Assembly: GCF_009914755.1 (NCBI RefSeq)
Contig: NC_060947.1
Direction: 5' to 3' (one strand)
From: the human T2T-CHM13v2.0 reference genome, Homo sapiens
DNA length: 64,000 nt
Positions 14,600 to 29,328 of this stretch are shown here, in pieces. The translations under genes were made by a program, and so were the position numbers. Below the pieces are notes generated by a model. That model saw nothing but the letters and a program-made list of their open reading frames with translations, was not told where the DNA came from and did not search any database. Each line of letters opens with the position of its first letter. Position 1 is the first letter of the stretch.

Positions 14600-17500
14600 T
14601 TTTTTCAATTTTTTAAAATTTGAATTTATTTTAAGTTCAGGGATACATGTGCAGGTTTGTTATATAAGTAAGTTTTTGCATGAGGGTTGTACAGATTATC
14701 TCATCAGCAAGGTATTTAGCGTAGTACCCATTGGTTATTTTTCCTCATCCTCTCCCCATTGATGCTGTCCACCCTCTGATAGGCCCAAGTGTATGTTTTT
14801 CACCTCTATGTGTCCATGTGTTTTCATCATTTACCTCCCCACTTCTAAGTGTGAATATGTGACATTTGGTTTTGTGTTCCTGTGTTACTTTGCTAAAGAT
14901 AATGGACTTCAACTCAATTCATGTTCCTGGAAAGGACATGATCTTATTTATGGCTGCCTAGTATTCCATAGTGTAAATGTACCACATTTTCTTTACTCAA
15001 TATACAATTGATGGGCATTTATGTTTATTCCATGTCTTTGCTATTGTGAATAGTGTTGCAATGAACATATGCATGCAGATGTCTTTATGATAGAATGTGT
15101 ATTAGTCTGCTCTCACACTGCTAATTAAGACATTCCTGAGACTGAGTAATTTATAAAGGAGAAGTTTAACATGGCAGCAGGCAAGCAAGTGTGTGTAAGG
15201 AAACTCCCCCTTATGAAACTTTCAGATCTCATGAGACTTATTCACTATCACGAGAACAGAATGGGAAAGACTCACCCCTATGAATCAATTGTCTCCCACC
15301 GGGTCCCTCCCATGACTGGGTGGAATTATGGGAGCTGAAATTCAAGGTCATATTTGGGTGGGAACACAGCCAAACCATATCATTCTGGCCCTGGCCTCTC
15401 TCAAATTTCATGTCCTCACATTTCAAAACCACTCATCCTTTCCCAACAGTTCCCCAAGGTCTTCACTCATTTCAGCATTAACTCAAAAGTCCACAGTCCA
15501 AAGTCTCCTCTGAGACAGGGCATGTCCCTTCTGCCTATGAGCCTGTAAAATCAAAAGCAAGTTAGTTACTTCCAAAATACAATTGGGGTACAGACATTGG
15601 GTAAATACACCTACTCCAAATGGGAAAAATTGGCCAAAACAAAGGAGCTACAGGCCCTATGCAAGTACGAAATACAATGGGGCAATCATTAAACCTTAAA
15701 GTTCCGAAAAGATCTACTTTGACTCCATGTTTCACATCCAGGTCATGGTGATGCAAGAGGTGGGCTCCCATGGCCTTGGGCAGCTCCACCCATGTGCCTT
15801 TTCAGGGCACAGTCCTCTTCTTTACTGCTTTCATGAGCTGGTGTTGAGTGTCTGCAGCTTTTCTAGGCACATGTTGCAAGCTGTTGGTGGATTTAGCATT
15901 CTGGAGTCTGGAGGATTGTGGCATTCTTCTCACAGCTTCACTAGGCAGTGCCCCAGTAGGGACTATGTGTGGGAGCTTCCACCCCACATTTCCATTTTGC
16001 AATCCCCTAGCAGATGCTGTCCATGAGGGCCCCACCCCTTCAACATACTTCTGCCTGGTCATCCAGATATTTCCATACATCCTCTAAAATCTAGAAAGAT
16101 GTTTCCAAACCTCAGTTCTTTACTTCTGTGCACCCGCAGGTTCAACAACATGTGGAAACTGCTAAGGCTTGGGGATTGCACCCTCTGAAGTCATGGTTCA
16201 AGCTGTACCTTGGCCCATTTTGGCCACAGCTGGAGCAGCTGGGACACAGAGCACCAAGTTCCTGGGCTGCACACAGCAGGGGGGCCCAGGCCTGCCCCAG
16301 TAAATCATTTTTCCCTCTTAGGCCTCAGGGTCTGTGAAGGTCTCTAACATACCTTGGAGACATTTTCCCCATTGTCTTGGTGATTAACATTGGGCTCCTG
16401 TTACTAATGCAAATTTCTGCAGCTGGCTTTAATTTCTCTCCAGAAAATGGGTTTTTCTTTTCTATTGCAGTGCCATGCTGCAAATTTTCCAAACTTTTAT
16501 GTTCTGTTTCCTCTTGAATGCTTTTCTACTTAGAAATTTCTTTTGCCAGATACCCCACATTATTTCTCTCAAGTTCAAAGTTCCACATATCTCTAGGACA
16601 GGGGCAAAAAGCCACCAGTCTCTTTGATAAAGCACAGCAAGAGTCACCTTTGCCCCAGTTTCCAGCAAGTTCATTATCTCCATCTGAGACCACCTCAGCC
16701 TGGACTTTATTGTCCATATCACTCTCCGCATTTTGGTCAAAGCCATTCAACAAGTCTCTAGGAAGTTCCAAACTTTCCCACATTTTCCTATCTTCTTCTG
16801 AGCCCTCCAAACTCTTCCAGCCTCTGCCTCTTACCCAGTTCCAAAGTCACCTTCATATTTTCAAGCATCTTGACAGCAGAGCTCCACTACTTAGTACCAA
16901 TTTACTGTATTCGTCTGCTCTCACACTGCTAATGAAGACATATGTAAGACTGGTTAATTTATAAAGAAAAGATGTTTAATTGACTTACACTTCCACATGG
17001 CTTCCAAGGCCTCAATCATATCTGAAGGCAAATAAGGAGCAAAGTCACGCCTTAACATGACAATAGACAAGAGTGCTTGTGTAGGGGAACTCCGCTTTAT
17101 AAAACCATGAGATCTCATGAGACTTATTCACTATCATAAGAAGAGTATGGGAAAGACCCGCCCCCATGACTCAAAAACCTCCCACCAGGTGACACCCACG
17201 ACACATGGGAATTATGGGAGCTACAATTCGAGATGAAATTTAGATGGGGACACAGCCACATCGTATCAGAATGCTTTATATTTCTTTGGGTATCAACCCA
17301 GTAATGGGATTGCTGGGTCAAATGGTAGTTCTTTTGTTAGCTCTTTAAGGAATCAATACATTGTTTTCCAAAATGGTTGAACTAGTTTACATTCCCACCA
17401 ACAGTGTATAGGCATTCCCTTTTCTCCACAGCCTCCCCAGCATCTGTTATTTTTTGACTTTGTAATAATAGCTATTATGACTAGTGTGAGACGGCAACTC

Positions 17501-20500
17501 CTTGGGGATTTGATTTGCCTTTCTGTAATGATCAGTTATATTGAGGGTTTTTTTTTTCATATGCTTGTTGGCTGCAAGCATGTTTTGTATTGAAAAGTGA
17601 TGGTTCGTGTCCTTTGCCACTTTTTAATAGGGTTGTTTATTATTTTTTGTAAATTTGGTTAAGTTTCTTATAGATATTGGATATTAGACCTTTGTCAGAT
17701 GCATAGTTTGCAAAATTTTTCTCTCATTCTGTAGGTTGTCTTTTCACCCTGTTGATAGTTTTTTTTTTTTTTATTTTACTGCGCAGTAGCTTTTTAGTTT
17801 GATTAGATCTGGTTTGTCAATTTTTGCTTTTGTTGCAATTGCTTTTGGTGTCCTCAATATAAAATTGTTGCTTGTGCCTATGTCTAGAATGTTATTGCCT
17901 AGGTCGTCTTCCAGGGTTTTTATAGTTTTGGGTTTTCCATTAAAGTTTTTAATCCATCTTAAGTTAATTTATGTAAACGGTGTAAGAAAAGAATCCAGTT
18001 TCAATCTTCTGCATATGCCTAGCCAGTTATCTTAGCACTATTTATTGAATAGGGAGTCTTTCCACATTGCTTATTTTCTGTCAGCTTTATTGAAGATTAG
18101 ATAGCTGTAGGTATGTGGCATTATTTCTGGGTTCTTTATTCTGTTCCACTGGTCTATGTGACTGTTTTTGTACCAATACCTTGCTGTTTGGGTTACTGTT
18201 GTATTGCAGTATTGTTTGAAGTTCGGTAGCCTAGTATTTCCAGCTTTTTGCTTTTTGCTTAGAATCTTATTGGCTATTTGGGCTCTGTTTTGGTTAGAGG
18301 TAAATTTTGAAATCTTTTCTTTTTAGGTATGTAAAGAATATTATTGGTAGTTCAATAGAAATAGCATTGAATCTATAAATTGCATTGGGCAGTGTGGCCA
18401 TTTTAATGATATTGATTCTTCTTATCCATGAGCATGGAATGTTTTTTCATCTGTTTGTGTCATTTCCGATTTCTTTGAGCAGTGTTTTACAGTTCTTCTT
18501 CTAGAGATCTTTCAACTACATGGTTAACTGTATTCTCAGGTATTTTATTCTTTTTGTTGCAGTTGTGAATATAATTTTATTTCTGATTTGGCTCTCGGCT
18601 TAACTGTTGTTGGTGTTTAGTTATGATAGTGACTTTTGTACATTGGTTTGTATCTTGAGACTGCTGAAATTGCTTATCAACTTAAAGGGCTTTTGAGCTG
18701 AGACTATGAGATTTTAAAGATAAAGGACCATGTCATCTGCAAACAGGGATAATTTGACCTTTTCTCTTCCTATTTGGGTATCCTTTATTTATTTTTCTTG
18801 CCTGATTGCTCTGGCCAGAACTTCCAATACTATAATGAATAGGAATGGTGGGAGAGGGCATCATTTTTTGTACTGGTTTTCAAGAGGAGCACTTTCAGCT
18901 TTTGCCCATTTAGATTGATGTTAGCTGTGGGTTTGGCATAGATGGCTCTTGTTATTTTGAGGTATGTTTCTTCAATACCTCGTTTATTGAGGATATTCAA
19001 CATAAAGGGGTGTTGAATTCTATCAAACCCTTTTCAGAATCTATAGAGATAATCACATGGTTTTTGTTTTTAGTTCTCTTTATGTAATGAATCACATTGA
19101 ATAATTTGTGTTATTTAACCAACCTTGCATCCCAGGGATAAAGCCTACTTTGTGCAGTGTGGAAAAGCTTTTTGATGTTCTGCTGGATTCAGTTTGTATT
19201 TTGTTGAGGATTTTGCATTGATGTTCATAAAAGATATTGACCTGAAGTGTTTTTTGTTGTTGTTGTTGTGGCTCTGCCAGGTTTTAGTATCAGGTCGATG
19301 CTGACCTCATAGAATGACTTAGGGAGGAGTTCCTCCTCTTCAATTCTTTGGAATAGTTTCACCAGAAATAGTATCAGTGCTTCTTTGTACATCTGGTAAA
19401 ATTCAACTTTGAATCCTTCTAGTCCTGGGCTTTTTTTTTTTTTTTTTTTGGTTGGTAGGCTATTTATTGCTGCTTCAATTTCGCAGTTCATTATTGGTCT
19501 GTTCAGGGATTCAATTCCTTCCTGGCTCAGTCTTGGGACTGTGTATGTGTCCAGAAATTTATACATTTCTTTTAGATTTTCCAGTTTATATGCATAGAGG
19601 TGTTCATAATATTCTGTGATTCTTATTTATATTTTGGTTGGTTACTGGTAATATCCCCTTTGTCACTTCTGATTGTGCTTATTTGAGTCTTCTCTCCTTT
19701 CTTCTTCACTAGTCTAGCTATTGGTCAATTTTACTATTTTTTTCTTTCATTAAAAATCTCCTGGTTTTGTTGGTATTTTAAATGTTCCTTTGTGTGTCTC
19801 AACCTTCTTCAGTTCAGCTCTAATTTTGCTTTTTTCTTATCTTCTGGTAGCTTTGGGGTTGTTTTGCTCTTACTTCTCTAGTTCCTCTGTTTGTAATTTT
19901 TGGTTGTTCATTGAGATCTTTCCAACTTTTTGATGTGGGCATTTAGTGCTATAAATTTCCCTTTTAATGCTGCCTTAGCTGTATTTCAGAGATTCTGTTA
20001 TGTTTTGGCTTTGTTTTCATTGATTTCTAAGAACTTCTTGATTTCTGTCTTAATTTCATTATTTACCCAGTCATTGAGAAGCAACGTACTCAATTTCCAT
20101 GTAATTTTATGGTTTTGAGTGAATTTCTTAGTTTTGATTTCTAATTTGATCACACTGTGCTCCAAGAGATTGGTTGTTATACTTTCAGTTCTTTTGCATT
20201 TGCTGAGGAATGCTCTATTTCCCATTATGTGATGGATTTAAAAAATGTATCATGTGTTGATGAGAAGAATGCACATTCTGTTGTTTTGGGGTGGAGAGTT
20301 CTCTACATGTATATCAGGTCTATCTGTTACAGTGCTGAGTTTTGGTCCTAAATATATTTGTTAATTTTCTGCCTCAATTATTTATATAATATTGTCAGTG
20401 GTATGTTTAAGTCTCCCCTGTTATTGTGTGGGAGTCTAACTCTCTTTGAAGGCCTCTAAAAACTTGCTTTATAAATCTGATTACTGATTCGTTGGGTCAA

Positions 20501-22486
20501 TATGTATTTTAGATAGGTAGGTCTTTTTGTTGAATTGAACCTTTTACCATTAACTAATGCCCTTCTTTGTCTTTTTTTTTAATCTTTGTTCATTTACAGT
20601 CTGTTTTATTTTTCTGAAATTAGAATTACAATCTCTACTTTTTTTCTGTTTTTCATTTGCTTGGAAGATTTTCCTCCATCCTTTTACTGTGAGCCTCTGT
20701 GTGTCATTGCATATGATATAAGTCTCTTGCCAACAGCATGCAAATGAGTGTTGTTTTTTTATCCCACTTGCCACTTTGTGCCCATTAATTGGAGAATTTA
20801 CCCTATTTACATTCAAGGTTAGTATTGATTTGTGTGGATTTGATTCTATCATCATGATGTTAGCTGGTTATTATGCAGACTTGCTTATATAGTTGCTTTA
20901 TAGTGTCACTAGTGTGTGTACTTAATTGTGTTTTTGTAATGGGCGGTAACTGTCTTTTCATATTTAGTGCTTCCTTCAGGAGTTCTTGTAAGACATGCTT
21001 GGTGGTAATGAATTCCTTTAGCATTTTCTTGTCTAATAAGGATCTTATTTCTCCTCTGCCTAGAAAGACTTTTGGTTGGAATTTCTTTTATTTAAGAATG
21101 TTGAATATTGGCCCCCAATATTTTCTGGCTTGTAGGGTTTCTGCTAAAAGTATTCTGTTAGTCTAATGGGCTTTCATTTGGAGGTGACCTGATCTTACTC
21201 CCTAGCTGCCTTTACGATTTTTTCTTTTGTTTCAAACTTGGAGAATCTGAAAATTATGTGTCTTGGGGATGATATTCTTGTGAAGTTTCTAACTGGGATT
21301 CTCTGCATTTCCTGAACTTGAATGTTAACCTCTCTAGCTAGATTGGGAAAGCAGTCTTTGATAATATTCTGACATATTTTTTCTAACTTCATTCTCCCCA
21401 ACTCTTTCAGGGACATCAATGAGTTATGAATTTGATCTCTTTACATAATTTCATATTTCTTGGAGGTTCTGCTCATTCAGTTTCAATTTTTTTCTATTCA
21501 TATGTGACTTTTATTCAGAAATCTAATCATAAGCTCTGAGATTCTTTCCTCCTTTTGGTTTATTCTGCTACTAATACTTGTGACTACATTATGAAATTCT
21601 TGGGATGTGTTTTTCTGCTCTGTCAGGTTGGTTATGTTTTTTTCTATACTGGATATTTTGTTTGTCAGTTCCTGCATTGTTTTATTGTGATTCTTAGCTA
21701 CTTTGGATTGGGTTTTAATGTACTTTTGCATCTCAATTATCCATATTCTGAATTATATTTCTGTCATTTCAGCCCTCTTAGCCTGGTTCAGAACCATTGC
21801 TGGAAAAGTGGTGTAGATATTTGGAGGAAACAAAGTACTCTGGCTTTCTGAGTTCTTAGGGTTTTTGGTGCTAGTTTTTTTCTCATTTTTGTGGACTTAT
21901 GTCCCTTGGATCTTTGAAGTCACTTACCTTTGGATGGCTCTTTTTCTTTTGTCATATATTAAAAACTTCAAGATTTGATTGTAGTTTGAGGTAGATTCAG
22001 TCAACTGAGTTCATTTCTGAAATATTTTATGGAGCCAGCACTCAGCTCCCAACCCCTGGACTGCATTCTCTAACTCTGCAAAACTTGTATTGGGCATGAC
22101 TATTCTCTGACTCTTTGAGGCTAGGTATCCACTGCACTGGAGGGGTCTGAGCTGCTCCTAGTCTGCTGGTTACTATAGTCTGATAGGTGGTGTCAGCCAA
22201 AACACATTGTACTGCATTGACAATAACTTCAATCTTTGTTTGCATATGCAAGCCGCAGAAGCAGCGGCAGCATGGTGGGCCCATGCTCCTTCACTTTGGC
22301 AGGGTGCTAGCCGGTGCTGAGATGCCTGGCTCCAAGCAGGCATTCACCACAGTGGCAGAAGTAACACGGCTGTGGGACCAGGGGATCCCTGCTGTCGATG
22401 GTTGTGATGATGATGATATTTGCACAGGGACAGGGTGCTGACAGGCCCATGTCTGTGTGCTTTCCTTTGCACTGCAGGCCAGGATC
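14600..22486 (-). mobile_element. Near-full-length L1PA13-16-like element (3'UTR, ORF2, ORF1, part of 5'UTR), interrupted by THE1
   Basis: Antisense 3'UTR 'ttttaagttcagggatacatgtgcaggtttg'; ORF2 peptides ([27 protein letters not shown]); ORF1 peptide FPNLAREVNIQVQEMQR; GC-richer 5'UTR at about 22030-22480. Confidence 0.92.
15098..17268 (-). mobile_element. Near-complete THE1 MaLR element, THE1C-like (LTRs 15098-15382 and 16906-17268)
   Basis: tgtatt...tatca termini on both LTRs; perfect TSD gaatg (15093-15097 / 17269-17273); MaLR ORF remnant at 16526-16810 (MEGSEEDRKMWESLELPRDLLNGFDQNA). Confidence 0.95.
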
Positions 22487-23471
22487 TCACATAAACCTTG
22501 AATATATTTTCCTAGATTTACACCTAGGATTTGCTTGGTTTGGGTGCTAATAAAAATGGTATTGTTTTACATTTCAAATTCCAATTGCTCATTGCTTGTA
22601 TATAGGAGCACAATTAACTTCTGTGTATTACCTTTGCAGTTTGTAACCTTGCTATAATTGCTTATTAGTTCCAGGATTTTGTTTATGATTATGAGAATTT
22701 TTTTTAGAACATCATCATATCCTTTGTGAACAAAGAAAGTTTTGCATTTTTCTTCCCAGTCTCTATTCTTTTTTTTTCTTTTCTTTTCTTAATACATTAA
22801 TTAGAACTTACAGTACAACATTCAATATGAATCATGGGAGGGGATATGTTCACAATTTTAGAGGGTACCATCTAGTTTCTCAACATTAAGTATGAAGATG
22901 CTGGTAGATATTTTGTAGATGTTTTTATCAAATTGAGAAAATCTCTATTGCTAGTTTCCTAATAGTTTTTACCATGAGTGGGTTTTTGGGTTTTGACATT
23001 TTTTTCTGCATGTATTGATATGATCATGTGATTTTTCTTCTTTAGCCTGTGGATGTGATTGATTACACTGACTTTCAAATATTGAATTAGTATTCAATAC
23101 CAGAAATAAACCCTATTTGTTTGTGGTGTATAATTATTTGTATGCATTGTTAGAATTACTTTTCTAATATTTTGTTGAGAAAATTTTCAACTATGTTTAT
23201 GAGAAATATTTTCCTTGTAATTTTATCTTCTTGTGTGTCTCTTCATCTGGGTTTTGTATTAGGGTAATAGTTATCTCATAGAAGAAGTTAGGAAGTATTC
23301 TCTTTGCTTCTGTATTTTGGAATAGATTAAAAACCATTACTATTATTTATTCCTTAAATATTTGATAGTATTAATCATTGAAACCATATGGATCTGATGC
23401 TTTCTGTTATGGAAGACTGTTAACTTGAAATTTCATTACTTTTGTAGACATAGACTTAATCAGTTTATCTA

Positions 23472-26400
23472 TTTTTTAAATTTTTTCATAAGTTATTGGG
23501 GTACAGGTGGTATTTGGTTATATGTGTAAGTTCTTTAATGGTGATTTGTGAGATTTTGGTGTACCCATCACCTGAACAGTATACGCTGCACCATATTTGT
23601 AGTCTTTTATCCCTCACCCCCTTCCACTCTTCCCTGCAAGTCCCCAAAGTTCACTGCATTATTCTTACACCTTTTGCATCCTTATAGCTTAGCTTCCACA
23701 TATCAGTGAGAGCATACAATGTTTGGTTCTCCATTCCTGAGTTACTTCACTTGGAATAAAAGTCTCCAGTCTCATCCAGGTCACTGCAAATCCTGTTAAT
23801 TCATACCATTTTATGGCCGAGTAGTATTTCATCAGCTATATATACCACAGTTTTTTTTGTTTGTTTGTTTGTTTTAATCTACTCACTGATTGATGGGAAT
23901 TTGGGTTGGTTTCATGATTTTGCAATTGTGAATTTTGCAATTACAAACATGCGTGTGCAAGTATCTTTTTCGAATAATGACTTCTATTCCTATGGGTAGA
24001 TGCCGAGTAGTGGGATTGCTGGATCAAATGGTATTTCTACTTTTAGTTCTTTAAGGAATCTCCCTACTATTTTCCATAGTGGCTGTACTAGTTTAAATTC
24101 CCACCAGCAGTGTAGAAATGTTCCCTGATCACCACATTCATGCCAACATATACTGTTTTTTTATTTTTTTTTAATTATGGTCATTCTTGCAGGAGTGAGG
24201 TGGTATTGCATTGTGGTTTTGATTTGCATTTTCCTGATAATTAGTGATGTTGCATATTTTGTTTTCCATATTTTTGGCCATTTTCATATCTTCTTTTGAG
24301 AATTGCCTGTTCATATCCTTAATCCACTTTTTTGTGGGATTGTTTGTTTTTTTCTTACTAATTTTTTGAGTTCACTGTAAATTCTAGATGTTAATCTTTT
24401 TCAGATGTATAGATTGTGAAGATTTTCTCCCACTTTGTGGGTTGTCTGTTTACTCTGCTGACTGTTCCTTTTGCTGTGCAAGTCTCATTAGTTTAATTAG
24501 GTCCCAGCTATTTATCTTTGTTTTTATTGCATTTGCTTGGGGGTTCTTAATCATGAACTCCTTGTCTAAGCCAATATCTGGAAGGGTATTTCCAATATTC
24601 TCTTCCAGAATTTTTATAGTTATAGGTCTTAGGTTTAAGTCCTTATTTTATCTTGAATTGATTTTTGCATAAGGTGAGAGATGGAGATCCAGTTTCATTC
24701 TCCTACATGTGGCTAGCCAATTATCCCAGCACCATTTGTTGAAAAGGGTGTCTTTTTTCCACTTTATCTTTTTGTTTTTGTTGTCAAAGATCAGTTGGCT
24801 GTAAAAGTTAGGATTTATTTCTGCTTTCTCTGTTGGGTTCCATTAGTCTATGTGCCTATTTTTTATACCACTACCACACTATTGTGGTGACTATAACCAT
24901 ATAGTATAGTTTGAAATCAGGCAGTGTGATGCCTCTAGATTTGTTCTTTTTGCTTAGTCTTGCTTTGGCTATGCGGGCTCTTTTTTGGTTCCATATGAAT
25001 TTTAGAATTGTTTTTTCTAATTCTGTGAAGAATTATGGTGGTATTTTGATGGGGATTGTATTGAATTTGTAGACTGCTTATGGCAATATGATCATTTTCA
25101 CAATATTGATTCTACCCATCCATGAGCATGGGTTGTGTTTCCCTTTGTGTCATCTGAGATTTATTTCAACAGTGTTTTGTAGTTTTCCGTGTAGCAGTCT
25201 TTTGATTCCTTGATTAGGTATATTCCTAAGTATTTTAATTTTTCTGCAGCTATAGTAAAAGGTGTTGAGTTCTTGATTTGATTTACCTGTTGGTCACAGT
25301 TAGTGTATAGAAGAGCTACAGATTTGTGTACATTAGTCTTGTATCTGGAAACTTTGCTGAATTCTTTTATCAGTTCCAGGAGCTTACTGGAGGGGTTGTT
25401 AGGGTTTTCAAAGTAAAGGATCATATCGTCAGCAAACAGTGACAGTTCGACTTCCTCTTTACCAATTAGGATGTCCTTTATTTCTTTCTCTTGTCTGCTG
25501 CTCTGGCTAGGACTTCCAGTACTATGTTGAAGAAGAGTGGTGAGAGTGGGCATCCTTGTCTTGTTCCAGTTATCAGAGGAAATGCTTTCAGCTTTTCCCC
25601 ATTAAGTATTACGTTGGCTGCGGGTTTGTAATAGATGGCTTTTATTACATTAAGCTATGTGTCTTGCATGCCAATTTTGCTGAGAGTTTTAATCGTGAAG
25701 GATGCTGGATTTTGTCAAATGCTTTTTCTGCATCTATTAAGATGATTGTGTGATTTTTGTTTTTAATTCTGTTTATGTGGTGTATCATATTTATTGACTT
25801 GTGTATGTCAAACCATCCCTGCATCCTTGGTCTGAAACCCACTTGATCATGGTGCATTATCTTTTTGAAATGCTGTTGAATTAGGTTAGCCAGTATTTTG
25901 TTAAGGATTTTAGGATCTATGCTTATCAAGGATATCGGTCTGTAGTTTTCTTTTCTGGTTATGTCCTTTCCTGGTTTTGGTAATAGGGTGATGCTAGCTT
26001 AATAGAATGGATTAAGGAGGGTTCTTTCTTTATCTTGTGAAATCGTGTCAAAAGGACAGGTACCAATTATTCTTTAAACGTGTGGTAGAATTCTAGTGTG
26101 GATCCATCTGGTCCTGGACTTCTTCGTGTTAGTAATTTTTTAATTACCATTTTAATCTTGCTGCTTGTTATTGGTCTGTTCAGGGTATCTAATTCTTCCT
26201 GATTTAAGCCAGGAGGGATTTATTTTTCCATGAATTTATCCAGCTTTTCCAGGTTTTCTAGTTTATGTGTGTAAAGGTGTTCATAATAGCCTTGAATAAT
26301 CTTTTGTATTTCAGTGGTGTCACTTGTAATATCTCCTGTTGTGTTTCTTAGTGAGAATATTTGAATTTTCTCTCTTATGTTCTTGGTTAATCTTGCTAAT

Positions 26401-29328
26401 GGTCTATCAATTTTATTTATCTTTTCAAGGAACTAGCTTTTTGTTTTATTTATCTATTGTATTTGTTGTTGTTGTTGTTTCAGTTTTATTTAGTTCTGCT
26501 CTGATCTTGCTTATTTCCTTTCTTCCGCTGGGTTTGGGTTTCATTTGTTCTTGCTTCTCTAGTTTCTTGAGGTGTGACCTTACAATGTCATTATGTGCTG
26601 TTTTAGTCTTTTCGATGTAGGCATTTAGGGCTGTGAACTTTCCTCTTAGGACTGCTTTTGCTGTATCCCAGGGGTTTTGATAGGTTGTGTCATTATTGTC
26701 ATTCAGTTTGAATTTTTTTGATTTCCATTTTGATTTCTTTTTTAACTCAATGCTCATTGAGGAGCGGGTTATTTAATTTCTATGCATTTGCATGGTTTTG
26801 AAGGTTCTCTTTGGAGTTAATTTCTAGTTTTATTCCACTGTGGTCTGAGAGGTGATTGATATAATTTTAATTTTTAAAAATTTATTGAAGCTTGTTTTAT
26901 GGCCTATTATATGGTCTATCTTGGAGAAAGTTCCACACACTGTTAAATATAATGTGTATTCTTCAGTTTTGGGATGAAATGTTCTGTATAAATCTGTTAA
27001 GTCCATTTGTTCCAAGGTATAGTTTAAATCCATTGTTTCTTTGTTGACTTTCTCCCTTGATGACCTGTCTAGTGCTGTCAGTAGTGTATTGAAGTCCCCC
27101 ACTATTTTTGTGTTGCTGTCTATCTCATTTCTTAGGTCTATTAATAATTGTTTCATAAATTTGAGAGCTCCACTGTTAGATGCATATATGTTTAGGATTG
27201 TGATATTTTCCTGTTTAACAAGGCATTTTGCCATTACATAATGGGTTCTTCTTTTTCTCTTATAACTGCTGTTGCTTTAAAGTTTGTTTTGTCTAATATA
27301 AGAATAAATACGCCTGCTTGCTTTTGGTGTCCATTTGAATGAAATGCCTTTTTCCACCCTTTTATTTTAAGTTTATGTGAGTCCTTATGTATTAGGTGAG
27401 TCTTCTGAAGGCAGCAGATAGTTGGTTGGTGAGTTCATATCCATTCTGTGGTTCCATATCTTTTAAGTGGAGCATTTAGGCTGTTTACATTCAATGTTAG
27501 TATTGAAATGTGGAGTACTGTTGCATTCATCATGCTCTTTTTCACTTGGGTACTTTGGTCTTTCTATTTTTGATTTTTAACTTGTATATTTGTTTTATAG
27601 GTGCTGTGTGATTTATGCTTTAAAGTGGTTCTGTTTTGACGAGTTTCCAGAATTTGTTTCAAGATTTAGCACTTCTTTTAATAGTTCTTGTGGTGGTGGC
27701 TTGGTAAATTTGTTTGTTTGGAAGCATTTGTTTGTGTGAAAAAAACTGTATCTTTACTTCATGTATGATGCTTAGTTTCACTGGATACAAAATTCTTGAC
27801 TGATAATTGTTTTGTTTGAGGAGGCTGAAGATAGGGCCTTAATCCCTTCTAGTTCATAGGGTTTCTGCTGAGAAATCTGCTGCTAATCTGATAGGTTATT
27901 TTTTATAGGTTACTTGGTGCTTCTGTCTCACAGCTCTTAAAATTCTTTCCTTCTTCTTAACTTTGGATAACCTGATGACAGTGTACCTAGGTGATTATCT
28001 TTTTTGCATTAAACTTCTCAGGTGTTCTTTGTGCTTCTTGCATTTGTATGTCTAGGTCTCTAGCAAGGCCAGGGAATTTTTCCTCAATTATTTCCCCAAA
28101 TATGTTTTCCAAGCTTTTAGAATTCTCTTCTTCCTCAGGAACACCAATTATTCTTAGGTTTGGCCATTTACCATAATCCCGGACTTCTTGGAGGCTTTGT
28201 TCATATTTTCTTATTATTTTTCCTCTGTCTTTGTTGGATTGGGTTGATTTGAAGACCCTGCCTTCAAGCTCTGAATTTGTTTTCTACTTGTTCAATTCTA
28301 TTGCTGAGACTTTCCAGAGCATTTTGCATTTCTAAAAGTGTGCCCAAAGTTTTCTGAATTTTTGCTTGTTTTTTCTTTAAGCTATGTATTTTCTTGAATA
28401 TTTCTCCCTTCACTTCTTGCATCATTTTTTGGATTTTCTTCCATTGGGTGTCACCTTGCTTGGGTGACTCTCTGATTAGCTTAATAACTTACCTCCTGAC
28501 TAATTTTTCAATTATATCGGGGATTTCTTCTTGGTTTGGATCCCTTGCTGGTGAGCTAGTGTGATTTTTGTGGGGTGCTGAAGAGCCTTGTTTTGTCATA
28601 ATACCAGGGTTGGTTTTCTGGTTCCTTCTCATTTGGGTAGGCTCTGTCAGAGGGAAGGTCTAAGGCTGAAAGCTGTTGTTCAGATTCTTTTGTCCCATGG
28701 GGTGTTCCCTTGATGTAGTACTCTCCCCCTTTTCCTATGGATATGGCTTTGTGTGAGCCAAACTGCAGTGATTGTTGTCACTTTTCTGGGTCTAGCCGCC
28801 CAGAGAGTCTACACAGCTTTGGGCTGGTACTGGGGCTTGTCTGCACAGAGTCCTATAATGTGAACCGTCTATGTGTCTCTCAGCTGTGGATATCAACACC
28901 TGTTCCGGTGGAGGTGGTGGGTGGGGTTGGTGGTGTGCAATGGACTCTGTGACGGCTCTTAGCTTTGGCAGCTTAATGCTCTACTTTTGTGCTGGTTGGC
29001 CTTCTGTTGGGAGGTGGCACTTTCCAGAGAGCATCAGCTATAGTAGTATGGAGAGAGACTGGTGGTAGGCAGGGCCCTAGAACTCCCAAGAGTATATGCC
29101 CTTTGTCTTCCACTACCAGGATGGGTAGGAAAGGACCCTTAGGTGGGGGCAGGGCAAGGCATGTCTGAGCTTAGACTCTTGATGGGCGGGTCTTGCTGCA
29201 GCTGCTGTGGGGATGAGGGTGAGATTCCCAGGTCACTGGAGCTGTGTACTTGGGAGGATTATGGGTGCCTCTGCTGAGTAATGCAGGTTGTCATGGAAGT
29301 GGAGGAAAGCCAGCAGTCACAAACCTCA
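23472..29328 (-). mobile_element. Near-full-length L1PB (L1PB1-like) element
   Basis: L1PB 3'UTR 'aagttattggggtacaggtggtatttggtta'; RT motif [11 protein letters not shown]; endonuclease peptides ITILNIYASN and IVGDFNT; ORF1 and 5'UTR remnants. Confidence 0.92.

Noticed and set aside
28905-28940. G-rich possible G-quadruplex
   Set aside because: Mostly GG runs within the L1PB 5'UTR; no locus-specific evidence
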